Shown here in pieces: positions 50,437-59,933 of a stretch of DNA of 64,000 bases. The notes under the pieces are model-generated. The model searched no databases and had not been told where the DNA came from. It saw only the letters and a program-made list of their open reading frames with translations. The stretch is from Thermoanaerobaculia bacterium. GTDB lineage: Bacteria > Acidobacteriota > Thermoanaerobaculia > UBA5066. The stretch spans positions 3,552,001-3,616,000 of the forward strand of contig CAVRAY010000001.1 of NCBI GenBank assembly GCA_963719225.1. Direction: 5' to 3'. Position numbers and translations under genes: made by a program. Position 1 is the stretch's first letter; each line of letters begins with the position of its first letter.

Positions 50437-50934
50437 TCAGTTCGTGATCGGGGACGCGGCGGAGCCGACCGCGCCGTCCTGCGTGTACGAAACCTGCAGG
50501 CACGCGCTGCCGGACGTCGGGTGCTGATAGAGGTACACGTAGTCGAACCCGCCGCCGTCCCGGAGCTTCAGCTCGGCCGGGCGGAAGGAGCCGGACCGGA
50601 ACGCGCGCACGAACCCGGTGTCGTACGGGGGCGTCTGGGAGCACCCGCCGCGGAACTCGCGGACGTTCTCCGTCGGCGCCAGGACGCGCAGCTTCAGGCC
50701 CTGCACGATCCGGGTCGTCTCGTCGGCCGTGAGGGGAAAGGTGCAGGCCCCCGCGCGCAACGTACCGAACATGTGGCATTTCACGCTCGCAAGGGCGACA
50801 TCCTGGCGGGCCATGAGGCTCTTCACGTCGCGCGCGAGGTCTCCGCGCGCCCACAGGTTCCACGCGGCGCGGCATCCGGTCGCGAGCACGACGGCGACGA
50901 GGAGAGCCAGCGGCCTCAGGCGCCGGGATGCCAT
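50437..50934 (-). CDS. Hypothetical lipoprotein
   Basis: MASRRLRPLALLVAVVLATG-C lipobox-like N-terminus. Confidence 0.6.
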   Translation of the reverse strand: MASRRLRPLALLVAVVLATGCRAAWNLWARGDLARDVKSLMARQDVALASVKCHMFGTLRAGACTFPLTADETTRIVQGLKLRVLAPTENVREFRGGCSQTPPYDTGFVRAFRSGSFRPAELKLRDGGGFDYVYLYQHPTSGSACLQVSYTQDGAVGSAASPITN

Positions 50935-52868
50935 GCGGCGATTCTGCCCGCCAGGGCGGAGGCGGCGACGACGTACGGACTCCCGAGGTACACGTGTCCG
51001 GGTCCGCTTCGCCCGGGGAAATTGCGGTTGATGGCGCTCACCGTGACTTCCCCGTCCCGCGTCGAGACGCCCGGCCCCGCGTTGATGCAGGCGCCGCAGC
51101 CGGGCTCGACGAGGCGGGCGCCCGCGCGCGTGAAGAGCTCGAGGTAGCCCTTCTCGCGGCACCACTCCTTCACGTGGCGGCTCCCGAACTGGATGTAGAA
51201 GGCGACGCCCGGCGCGACACGCCGTCCCCGGGCGACGCCCTCGGCGAGGACAGCCGCGAGCATTTCCATGTCTTCGCGCTTGCCGGCCGTACAGGAACCG
51301 GCATAGGCGATGTCGATGGAAATCGGGAGTGGGAGGTCGGAGATCGCGACGCCGTTTCCCGGATCGCCGGGCAGCGCCACGATGGGAGCGAGCGCGCCGA
51401 CGTCCAGGACGAGCTCCGAATCGAACACCGCGTCCTCGTCGGACGCGAGACCTTCGCAGGCGCGCCGTGCCTCGTCGAGCGACGTTTCCCGCCGCTCGAC
51501 GAGGAAACGCGCCGTCGTCTCGTCGGGGGCAACGATGCCCGAGAACGCTCCCGCTTCGGCCGCCATGTTCGTGAGCGTGGCCCGCTCGTCGACGGAAAAG
51601 GCCGTGACCGCTTCGCCCGAGTACTCGAGCACTTTTCCGATCGCGCCGCCGCCTTTCACGTAGGGGTGCGCGAGAAGCGCGAGCATGACGTCCTTGGCGG
51701 CGATGCCGTGCGGCCGCGCGCCCTCGAGGACGACGCGGATCGTGGCCGGGACCTTCACGCGCACGTCCCCCGAGAGCCACGCACACGCGACTTCCGTCGT
51801 GCCGATCCCGAAAGCCAGGCAGCCGAGCGCGCCCGCGTGTGTCGTGTGCGAGTCGGACCCGACCACGACCTGCCCGGGAAGGGCGTGGCGCTCGAGGACG
51901 AGGGAATGGCAGATGCCCTCGCCAGCCCCGTAGAGCCGGACGCCCTGCGCGGCCGCGAACTTCTCCTGCCGCGTCGCGAGCGAATCCGCGAGTGCGAGGA
52001 GGCCGCGCGCTTTCCGTTCCTCGGGCATGACCTCGCCCAGGAGGGAAAGGTGATCGCGAAAGAGAAGGACGGAGCCGGGATCCTCGACGCGCGCGCCCGT
52101 CCCCAGCTCTCCCTCGAAGCACGCAGCCGCCATGGGCGTGACGTACTCGTGCGAGAAGCGCAGGTCGGCCCGCACGAAGCACGCGTCGCCCGGCTCGACG
52201 GCGGGGACTCCCGTACCCGCCGCAGCCGGGTCCCTGACGACGTGACGCGCGAGGATCTTCTCGACGAGCGTCATCGCGCGGGGCGGAGTCGTGACGGGCG
52301 CGGGCGACTCGCGGCCCGACAGACGCGCGCGCGTGTAGGGAAGGAGTCCGCCCGCTTCGATCACGTCCCGTGTGATCGGGTCCTCCCCTTCCGTGAAGAA
52401 GGAGAGCGGAATTTCCCGGCCTTCCCGGACGCGCTCGAGAATCGAGAAATCCGTCGTCAGGAGCATTCCGAGGTTGATCGCGTTCTGCCGATAGATGCGC
52501 TCGAAGCTCTCGGCCACGAGGAGGCGGATGCCGGCGGCTCGCTCCGCGTAGGGCGCCTGCTCGCGGGACGAGCCCTTGCCGCGCCTGCGCCCGGCCACGG
52601 AGACCGCGAACCCCCCACGCCGCACGGCGTCTTCTCCGACCGGCCGCACGCCGTCACGGCAGGTCAGGCCGAGGTAGGCGAACCTGCCGAGCGCGGCGTC
52701 GTGGTGAAAGCACGTCCAGCCCGGCGTGATCTCGTCGGTCGAGACGTCGTCGCGCAGCTTCTGCGCCGGGTCGTTCGCGTCCCACGCGAGGTCCTCCCCT
52801 GCGAACTGGCGCGCGAGGAGACCGGCGTCCTCGGTCAGAAAGAGGATTCGGCCCGAAATGAGCACCAC
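50916..52868 (-). CDS. Aconitase-family hydro-lyase, fused small (swivel) and large subunit (LeuD-LeuC order)
   Basis: VSTDEITP and GKGSSREQA (swivel domain); GICH, GSDSHT, GSCT, PGCGAC and NRNFPGR. Confidence 0.88.
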   Translation of the reverse strand: MVLISGRILFLTEDAGLLARQFAGEDLAWDANDPAQKLRDDVSTDEITPGWTCFHHDAALGRFAYLGLTCRDGVRPVGEDAVRRGGFAVSVAGRRRGKGSSREQAPYAERAAGIRLLVAESFERIYRQNAINLGMLLTTDFSILERVREGREIPLSFFTEGEDPITRDVIEAGGLLPYTRARLSGRESPAPVTTPPRAMTLVEKILARHVVRDPAAAGTGVPAVEPGDACFVRADLRFSHEYVTPMAAACFEGELGTGARVEDPGSVLLFRDHLSLLGEVMPEERKARGLLALADSLATRQEKFAAAQGVRLYGAGEGICHSLVLERHALPGQVVVGSDSHTTHAGALGCLAFGIGTTEVACAWLSGDVRVKVPATIRVVLEGARPHGIAAKDVMLALLAHPYVKGGGAIGKVLEYSGEAVTAFSVDERATLTNMAAEAGAFSGIVAPDETTARFLVERRETSLDEARRACEGLASDEDAVFDSELVLDVGALAPIVALPGDPGNGVAISDLPLPISIDIAYAGSCTAGKREDMEMLAAVLAEGVARGRRVAPGVAFYIQFGSRHVKEWCREKGYLELFTRAGARLVEPGCGACINAGPGVSTRDGEVTVSAINRNFPGRSGPGHVYLGSPYVVAASALAGRIAAWHPGA

Positions 52869-52933
52869 GCCGGGATTCTACGGTGCCCCCCCGACGTGAA
52901 CCTGCATCTCCGGGCGAATGCGCGGCCGAGCGG

Positions 52934-53374
52934 TCACCGCCGCGGCGCCGTCGGCGAAGGGCTCGGCGTCTGGCAGGGCGCGGAAGCAGGAGTCAGCACC
53001 TCGACGGGGATGCGGTCGTAACCCGCGACCTCGACGGGATAACGCAGCCGCAGCTCGCCCTTGCCGACGGGCGCCTCGGCGTCGATCTTCAGCGCGAGCG
53101 TCAGCTGCGGCACGGGAAAGGAACGGCGGCTGGCGAGGTGAACGCTGACGCCGGGCAGGGAAACCGGCTCGACGCGGTCCGCGTTGTCGACGCCGAAACC
53201 GGTCACGACGAGGTCGAGCGACGTGCCCTGCACGAGCGGCAGGGTCCGGCCGGGCCCGAAGCGGCGCCCCCCGCAAAGCGACGCCGCCCCGAAGGATTCC
53301 ACGGCGCCCGTCACATCCGACATGGACAGGAGAAGCAGGACGAGGCAGGTGCCCGCCGCGAGAAGGCGCTTCAC
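52934..53374 (-). CDS. Exported Ig-like hypothetical protein
   Basis: GTG overlaps the upstream stop; signal peptide; beta-rich; Pro/Thr tail. Confidence 0.6.
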   Translation of the reverse strand: MKRLLAAGTCLVLLLLSMSDVTGAVESFGAASLCGGRRFGPGRTLPLVQGTSLDLVVTGFGVDNADRVEPVSLPGVSVHLASRRSFPVPQLTLALKIDAEAPVGKGELRLRYPVEVAGYDRIPVEVLTPASAPCQTPSPSPTAPRR

Positions 53375-54639
53375 GGAGTTCCCTTCGGCGGCGCGGTGAA
53401 GCGCAGCTCGGCGGCTCCGCTCGCGGCCAGCGTCTGGCCGTCCGTTCCGACGGCTTCCACCGTCCAGGTCAGAACCGAGTCCTTGGCGCGGTCCTGGAGA
53501 AAAGGCGGCGCCGCGTACGAGTCGGTCCCGGGAGCGAGAAGCGCCTCGAGGAGAACGGCTCCATCCGGACCCCGCACGACGAGCCGGTAGCCCGCGGCCG
53601 ATCCGACGCGCGTGAAGCGGAAGACCACTCCTTCGCCGGCCGGAAGCAGCGACCGATGGGCGGGCGCGAGGAGGATCAGGCCGCCCGTGGCTCCCGGGAG
53701 GAGCGCGGCGGGCGCGACTCCCACGAAGTAGCGGAGCGTCGGAAGAGGGAAACCCGCGACGGAGGCGGAGTGGATCACCCCGGCGCCCGCGCCGATCGCC
53801 GCAAGGCTCGAGTCCCCTTCCTTGTCGTCGGACGCCTCGATGCGCAGCAGGATCTGGTGCAGCCCTTCGGCGGCCGTGGGAATCCTCTTCGGGTCCGGGC
53901 CCGGCAGCGTCACGCGGCCCGTCGGCGGCAGGAACACGTCGAACCGGTCGAGCTCGGTGTAGCGGCGCTGGAGCGGACGCTCGGCCGGAGGGAGCGTCGC
54001 CTCGGTCAGGAGATCGCGGTCCGTCGGCGGCTCGTCCTGCGGGAACACGACTTCCCATCGGCCCTTGAGGCGTCCCGTCCCCGTGTAACGGATGTCGGCC
54101 TTCAGCTTCGGGGCGATCTCCCCGCGCTGTACGGAGAGAACCGGGCGGTCGATGTCGAAGGACAGCGTGACGTCGGTGAGCGAGAGCGGCGTCCCCGCGC
54201 CGCCGAACGACGGCCGGCACGTGACGAAGACGTACTCGTCCGGGCCGCCCGCCATGGAAGCGAACCGGCGGACGTAGAAGAACGGCGAGAGCGCCCCGCG
54301 CTCGGCGGCCTGATAGGCGCGCCGCGCCACGTTCGCGGGGATCGTCATGATGTCGGTGTACACCCCGCCCGCGAGGCGGGACTGGTCGTAACGCAGCGGA
54401 AGCCGTCCGTAGACCGTGTTCGGGTCGCACCGAAAACCGATGTCGGGCGTCGCCGGGATGATCTCTCCGCACCACGTGGCCTCGACCGGGGTCTGGTTCA
54501 CGAGGCCCGCGAACGTGATGAAGACGGTTGTGGAGCTCTGGCTGCTGACGTTCACGCCCGTGGGATTGCGCTGGATCGCGCCCTGCGCGGAAGTCCCCGC
54601 CAACAGGATCGGAAGGAGGAGGTGGAGGCGGTATCGCAT
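53371..54639 (-). CDS. Exported multi-beta-domain hypothetical protein
   Basis: Signal peptide MRYRLHLLLPILLAGTSAQG-A; three Cys in the N-terminal domain; host-like codon use. Confidence 0.75.
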   Translation of the reverse strand: MRYRLHLLLPILLAGTSAQGAIQRNPTGVNVSSQSSTTVFITFAGLVNQTPVEATWCGEIIPATPDIGFRCDPNTVYGRLPLRYDQSRLAGGVYTDIMTIPANVARRAYQAAERGALSPFFYVRRFASMAGGPDEYVFVTCRPSFGGAGTPLSLTDVTLSFDIDRPVLSVQRGEIAPKLKADIRYTGTGRLKGRWEVVFPQDEPPTDRDLLTEATLPPAERPLQRRYTELDRFDVFLPPTGRVTLPGPDPKRIPTAAEGLHQILLRIEASDDKEGDSSLAAIGAGAGVIHSASVAGFPLPTLRYFVGVAPAALLPGATGGLILLAPAHRSLLPAGEGVVFRFTRVGSAAGYRLVVRGPDGAVLLEALLAPGTDSYAAPPFLQDRAKDSVLTWTVEAVGTDGQTLAASGAAELRFTAPPKGTP

Positions 54640-54648
54640 CGTTTCGTC

Positions 54649-56736
54649 CTAGAAGGCGCTCAGGCTGATCCCCGAGGAGACCACCCACGTCTTACGAAAA
54701 GTGACGACGCCGAGCACGACGTCGCGCGTCCGCGTCTCCTGGAAGGCGTAGCGCAGCAGGATCTGTCCCGTGATCCCGCGCTTGCCGCGCCGGGGCGGCT
54801 CGAACCGCCAGGCCGTCTGCGCATCCACGGTCCAGGTACGGGAAGACGCCGTGTCCGCGTCGTTTCCGCCGTCCGTCCGCGAGGCATTCGTCGCGAACGA
54901 CAGCGGCGGGAGGGGCCGGAGTCCGAACGTCACCTGATAGCGCTTCGTGCGGTCGACGTTGCCCGTCTCCTTCGCGGCTGCGCGTTCCCACCCGTACTGG
55001 AGAGCGAGGTCGACGGCCGGGGAAGGCGTCAGGTTGAACGAGGCGACGTTCGCCGTGTTGAGGAAGTCCGCCGTCTCGCGTCCGACCTGCCGGTTGTCCT
55101 GATCGGAGTAATTGAAATGCCAGCCGAATCGGGCGGGGCCGGCGGTCCAATCCACTCCGGCCGTCTGGCCGAGGCTCACCTGATCGGGCAGTTGAGTCGG
55201 CGAGAAGCCTCCTCCTTGCGGATCGTTCCCCGCGAACTGGTGGGTCTCGTTCACGCTCCAGCTCAGCTGGGGCAGCCACCAGGCAGGCGCCGGGCTTCCT
55301 CCCAGCGCTCCGAGCGGAACGGCGAACTGCCCCGCGGCTCGCCGCGTCCTGGTCTTGAGGATCGAGGTGAGATCCGCCAGGTTGTCCTCGAGCCACGCGT
55401 ACGAAAGCTGAAGGGCTGCCGGTCCGAAGGCGGCGTTCGCCTCGAGGACGTCCTGCTGCTGGTCGGACTGTAGGGTGGCGGCCACGCTCCGGTACTGGGG
55501 ATCGATCCGCTCCCGTCGGTACCCGAGCGTGAACGTCACCGGGGTCGACGGACCGAGCGTGACTCCCTTCAGGACGTCGACGTTCGCCGTGGCGAAGTAG
55601 GCCGAGCGCCACGTCGGCGCGAGGGGAACGACCTTCGCTCCCTGCTCGAGCAGCGGATCCGGCGGCGCCTCGAAGCGATTCCGGGAATATCCGCCCTCGA
55701 CGCGGAATCGGCCCGAAAAAAGGCTCGACGCGAGCGAGACACCGCCGCCGCGGCTCGTCTCGGCATCCGACACGGAGCCGCGGTTCACGCTCGTGCGCGG
55801 CAGGAGGGACCCGTCGACGAGCGTCGTGTCGACGTGCAGCGTGCCCGGAGCCGACGGAACGAGCTCGAGCCCGAGCGTCCCGGAGTAGACGCGATGCTCC
55901 GCCGTCTCGAGGCCCAGGAAATTGTCCCATCCGACGATCGACGTTCCGTTCAGGGCCGCCAGGGACAGCGTCACCGGGCCCAGGGAAAAGGCGGCCCTCC
56001 CTCCCCGGCTGTTGAAACCGTTGATGAGGTGCCGGGAAGCGCCGACGCTGAGGCTGCCCCACTCGAGAGCGGCCCCCGGGACGGCGAGCTTCGTGGCCCA
56101 GCTCGCGAGGTCGACGCGGTCCGCATCCCGTCCGCGCTCTCCGAAGCGCAGCGCATCCTCGGCACGCTGGGCGCCCAGCACGCCCATCTGGAAGGCGAAC
56201 GTCGCCTGCGATCGGGCGAGCTCGACGCCGAGGCTCGCCTGGCCGGTCAGGTCCTGAAATGTCCGCCGGGGCGGGGCGGCGTCCTCGAGCGCGTGACCTT
56301 CCGAGAGCTGCCCTTTCAGCGTCAGGTCGATCTTCGGGGCGATCTCCGCCTTCTCGAAACCTCCCACGGTGAGCACCCGCAGCTTCAGCCGCGCGACTTC
56401 CTTCCATCCGGAGCTCGACACGAGCGTCACGACGATCTCCTGCTCGCCCGACGGAAGGGGGGCGAGCTTCGGCAGGTATCGCCGGCCCCGCGGCGAAACT
56501 TCCAGGAAATCGGAGACGTCCGTTCCGCCGATCAGAACCGCGATCCGCCCTTCCGCGTCCGCCGGCTCACGCGAGAGCACGAGCTCCACCGGATCGCGCC
56601 TCCGGATCCAGTCCTGGCCCCGGCCCCCGAGTGTTACAACGAGGTCGTCGGCCGACGACGACGAACCGAGAAGGCACAGAACGACGAGGCCCATCGCGTA
56701 CCCGGATCGGGAGCCTGACCCGCAATCCCGCCTCAT
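54649..56736 (-). CDS. Putative outer-membrane beta-barrel protein with N-terminal Ig-like domain
   Basis: Signal-like hydrophobic stretch, long run of alternating amphipathic beta strands and terminal Phe (SSGISLSAF). Confidence 0.72.
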   Translation of the reverse strand: MRRDCGSGSRSGYAMGLVVLCLLGSSSSADDLVVTLGGRGQDWIRRRDPVELVLSREPADAEGRIAVLIGGTDVSDFLEVSPRGRRYLPKLAPLPSGEQEIVVTLVSSSGWKEVARLKLRVLTVGGFEKAEIAPKIDLTLKGQLSEGHALEDAAPPRRTFQDLTGQASLGVELARSQATFAFQMGVLGAQRAEDALRFGERGRDADRVDLASWATKLAVPGAALEWGSLSVGASRHLINGFNSRGGRAAFSLGPVTLSLAALNGTSIVGWDNFLGLETAEHRVYSGTLGLELVPSAPGTLHVDTTLVDGSLLPRTSVNRGSVSDAETSRGGGVSLASSLFSGRFRVEGGYSRNRFEAPPDPLLEQGAKVVPLAPTWRSAYFATANVDVLKGVTLGPSTPVTFTLGYRRERIDPQYRSVAATLQSDQQQDVLEANAAFGPAALQLSYAWLEDNLADLTSILKTRTRRAAGQFAVPLGALGGSPAPAWWLPQLSWSVNETHQFAGNDPQGGGFSPTQLPDQVSLGQTAGVDWTAGPARFGWHFNYSDQDNRQVGRETADFLNTANVASFNLTPSPAVDLALQYGWERAAAKETGNVDRTKRYQVTFGLRPLPPLSFATNASRTDGGNDADTASSRTWTVDAQTAWRFEPPRRGKRGITGQILLRYAFQETRTRDVVLGVVTFRKTWVVSSGISLSAF

Positions 56737-56744
56737 CTGACTTC

Positions 56745-56773
56745 AGAGCGCAATTCGGTGCGAAACCGGCTCA
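56745..56773 (-). promoter_or_regulatory. Putative ECF promoter TGAGCC-N16-GCGCT (leftward)
   Basis: Minus strand TGAGCC ggtttcgcaccgaatt GCGCTCT, 8 nt before the ATG at 56736; second copy at 59864. Confidence 0.65.
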
Positions 56774-56798
56774 CCCCCGCGGCTAGAATCTGCGCAAC

Positions 56799-57368
56799 GT
56801 GCCGGAGACAGGAGCCGTGACGCGTCTGCTCTTGCAATGGCGGGCAGGCGAGGAAGCCGCGTTTGGCGAGCTCATGGAGCTCGTCTATCGGGATCTCCGC
56901 CGGCGCGCCGACGCCTACCTCAGGCGCGAGCGCGCGAACCACACGCTCGCGCCGACGGGCCTCGTGCACGAGACGTATCTCAAGCTCGTGGGAGACGCCG
57001 GCATCCCCTGGAGCGATCGCGCGCATTTCTTCGCGGTGGCCGCTCGCGCCATGAGACAGATCCTGGTCGACCACGCCCGAAAGCGGTCCGCGGCGAAGCG
57101 GGGCGGCGAGGCGGAGCGCGTCACGCTGACCAACCTCGCCGCGAGCGGCGGTGAAATGAACGTGGATCTCGTCGCTCTCGACGCCGCCCTCGAGCGCCTC
57201 GCCGCGCTCGACCCGGTCCAGGCCCGGCTCGTGGAGCTGCGGTACTTCGGCGGGCTCACGATCGAGGAAACCGCCGACGTGCTGGGTTCATCGCCGGCGA
57301 CGGTCAAGCGCGCCTGGGCGTCGGCCCGCGCCTTTCTTTTCGCGGAGCTCCGAGGGGAGCTGACATGA
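56799..57368 (+). CDS. ECF sigma factor of the Ser/Thr-kinase-associated type
   Basis: VTRLL..W, HTLAPTGLVHETYLKL, AARAMRQILVDHAR, VELRYFGGLT and TVKRAW. Confidence 0.92.
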   Translation: MPETGAVTRLLLQWRAGEEAAFGELMELVYRDLRRRADAYLRRERANHTLAPTGLVHETYLKLVGDAGIPWSDRAHFFAVAARAMRQILVDHARKRSAAKRGGEAERVTLTNLAASGGEMNVDLVALDAALERLAALDPVQARLVELRYFGGLTIEETADVLGSSPATVKRAWASARAFLFAELRGELT

Positions 57369-59866
57369 GCCTCGATCCGGATCGCTGGAGTGAGGTGCGA
57401 AGGCTTCTCGAGGAAGCGCTCGAGCGGGAGGGGGCGGACCGGGACGCCTTCCTGAACGATCTCGGATCCCGCGACGCCACGTTGCGCGAAGAGGTCGGCC
57501 GCCTCGTGGCTTCGGCCGAAGGGGCGGATGGTTTCCTCGAGGGTCCCGTGCTCCAGCCCCCCGACGACGAAGACACGCTTCCCGCGGGAACCGTCCTCGG
57601 TGCCTGGCGCGTCGAACGTGAGATCGCGCAGGGCGGCATGGGTCGCGTGTTTCTCGCCGTCCGCGCAGACGGCGCGTTCCAGCAGGAAGCGGCCCTCAAG
57701 GTGATCTTCTCCGGGCTCGGAGGCGCCGCCATCGGAAAACGCTTCCGGAACGAGCGCCAGATTCTCGCCGGCCTCGAGCACCCGAACATCGCGCGGCTTC
57801 TCGACGGCGGGACGACGCCCGACGGGCGTCCCTTCTTCGTCATGGAGTACGTCGCGGGCGAGCACCTCCTCGAGTACGCCCGCCGTCAGGCCCTGTCGGT
57901 CGACGAAAAGGTGGCGCTCTTCCGGAAGATCTGCGGGGCCGTCGCCTACGCGCACCGGCACCTCGTCGTTCACCGGGATCTCAAGCCCGGGAACATCCTC
58001 GTGACGAGAGAGGGCGAGCCGAAGTTGCTCGACTTCGGGCTCGCGAAGGTGCTCGATCCGGCCGGATCCGAGCTGACGCCGGGCGCCACGGGGGCTCTCG
58101 GGCGCCTCATGACTCCCGAGTACGCGAGCCCCGAACAGGTACGAGGGGACTCGATCACGACGGCGAGCGACGTCTACTCCCTCGGCGTCGTCCTCTACGA
58201 GCTCCTCGCGGGCCGGCTGCCTTTCGTCTTCAAGGGCCGCTCGGCCGAGATGATCGCCCGGACGATCTCGGAAGCGGAGCCGCCCCGTCTCGGAAGCGGC
58301 ATCCCCGAGGATCTCGAGAGTGTCGTCGCCATGGCGCTCCGGAAAGAGCCCGCGCGAAGGTACGCGACCGTCGAGCAATTCTCGGGCGACCTGGGCCGGG
58401 TGCTCGAAGGCCTTCCCGTGACGGCGCGGAAGGACACGTTCCTCTACCGCGCGAAGAGGTTCGCGGGACGCCATCGGATCGCCATCGTCGCGACGGTCGG
58501 ATCCCTGGTCCTCCTCGCCGCTTTCGCCGCGGTCGCCCTCGTGCAGGCGCACGTGGCCCGGCTCGAGCGCGAGCGCGCCGAGCGGCGGTACGCGGACGTC
58601 CGCGCCCTCGTGAAGTCCTTCCTCTTCGAGCAGTACGACGCCATCCAGAACCTGCCCGGGACGACACAGGCGCGCGCGCTCCTCATCCGCCGCGCTCTTG
58701 AGCAGCTCTCGAACCTCGAGAAGGAGGCCGGCTCGTCCTTTCCGCTCCGCGGCGAGATGGCGGAAGCGTACGAGAAGCTGGGGGACGTGCTCGGAAGCGG
58801 CGTGTGGTCGAGCCTGGGCGACACGGCGGGCGCCCGCGACGCTTACGGGAAAGCCCTCGCTCTCCGCGAAAGGATCGTCGCGGCGTCGGGCTCGACGCCC
58901 CGGGACCGGGACGACCTGGCGCGCGCCGAGATGCGTCTCGCGAGCTTCCTGTCCCGCTCGAACGAAACGTCCGAGTCCCTTCGGCATGCCCGCCGCGCCG
59001 TGGAGATCCGCGAAAAGCTCGACCCCCGCGCGAACGTCGGCGAAGGGAGAGCCGGGCTCGCCGCCGCCCACCATCTCCTCGGCTACACGCTATCGCGAAC
59101 CGGCGACTTCCGGTCTGCCCTGGCGGCGCATCGAAAAGCCGAATCGGTCTTTCGAGAGGCGTTCGTCGCGAATCAGAAGGACGAGGCCGCGCGCAGCGGA
59201 ATCGGCAAGGCTCTCTACGATCAGGCGGCGATGCTCTCGCGGCTGGAGGAGCCGCGAGAGGCTCTCGAGAAAGGAAGGGAGGCGCTCGACTGGCGGCGCC
59301 AGCTCCAGAAGAGCGACCCCTCGAATGCCCGCACGCGGTTCGAGCTCGCCGCCAGCCTCCACGACGTCGGCGAGTTCCTGGCCGACGTCGACGAGATGCC
59401 CGAAGCGCTCGACAAGGTCCGGGAAGCCGCACGGATCGTCGAGGAGCTCGCGGACGCGGACCCGAAGAGCACGTACCTGCAGATCGCGCGCGCGAACTAC
59501 CGCTCTTCGGTGGGCGACGCCGAGCGGAAGGCCGGCGATCCTCTTCGCGCGCTCGAGAGCCAGCGCATCGCGGTCGCCGTGATGGAGCAGGTCGTCGACG
59601 CCGACCCGGATTGCGGCTTCTGCTGGATCTCGCTCGCGAAGATCTACGACGCGGCTGGAGATGCGCGACTAGCGGTCAAAAAGCCGGTCGCCAGCGTCTC
59701 CGCGCAAGCCGTTCCGTGCGACTTCTGGAGGAAGAGCGGCGAGATCTGGGAACGCCTCCAGGCGGCGGGGAAGCTCCCCGGCGAAGACGCTCCGGCGCGC
59801 GACGCCCTTCTCGCGAAGGTCGCGTCCTGCGCCCCCGGCCGGACGGCCGCTGCACGCCCGCGCTGA
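57365..59866 (+). CDS. Membrane Ser/Thr protein kinase with periplasmic TPR-like domain
   Basis: GGMGRV, HPNIARL, HRDLKPGN, DFG and TPEYASPE; TM helix; helical repeats. Confidence 0.95.
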   Translation: MSLDPDRWSEVRRLLEEALEREGADRDAFLNDLGSRDATLREEVGRLVASAEGADGFLEGPVLQPPDDEDTLPAGTVLGAWRVEREIAQGGMGRVFLAVRADGAFQQEAALKVIFSGLGGAAIGKRFRNERQILAGLEHPNIARLLDGGTTPDGRPFFVMEYVAGEHLLEYARRQALSVDEKVALFRKICGAVAYAHRHLVVHRDLKPGNILVTREGEPKLLDFGLAKVLDPAGSELTPGATGALGRLMTPEYASPEQVRGDSITTASDVYSLGVVLYELLAGRLPFVFKGRSAEMIARTISEAEPPRLGSGIPEDLESVVAMALRKEPARRYATVEQFSGDLGRVLEGLPVTARKDTFLYRAKRFAGRHRIAIVATVGSLVLLAAFAAVALVQAHVARLERERAERRYADVRALVKSFLFEQYDAIQNLPGTTQARALLIRRALEQLSNLEKEAGSSFPLRGEMAEAYEKLGDVLGSGVWSSLGDTAGARDAYGKALALRERIVAASGSTPRDRDDLARAEMRLASFLSRSNETSESLRHARRAVEIREKLDPRANVGEGRAGLAAAHHLLGYTLSRTGDFRSALAAHRKAESVFREAFVANQKDEAARSGIGKALYDQAAMLSRLEEPREALEKGREALDWRRQLQKSDPSNARTRFELAASLHDVGEFLADVDEMPEALDKVREAARIVEELADADPKSTYLQIARANYRSSVGDAERKAGDPLRALESQRIAVAVMEQVVDADPDCGFCWISLAKIYDAAGDARLAVKKPVASVSAQAVPCDFWRKSGEIWERLQAAGKLPGEDAPARDALLAKVASCAPGRTAAARPR

Positions 59867-59890
59867 GCCTCTTCCGTTCCGGAATGCGCT
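59864..59890 (+). promoter_or_regulatory. Putative ECF promoter TGAGCC-N16-GCGCT (rightward)
   Basis: TGAGCC tcttccgttccggaat GCGCT, overlapping the kinase stop codon. Confidence 0.65.
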
Positions 59891-59933
59891 TCTCTCCACA
59901 GAAGGCCCCGAAAACGGGGAGAAGGAGAGAACG

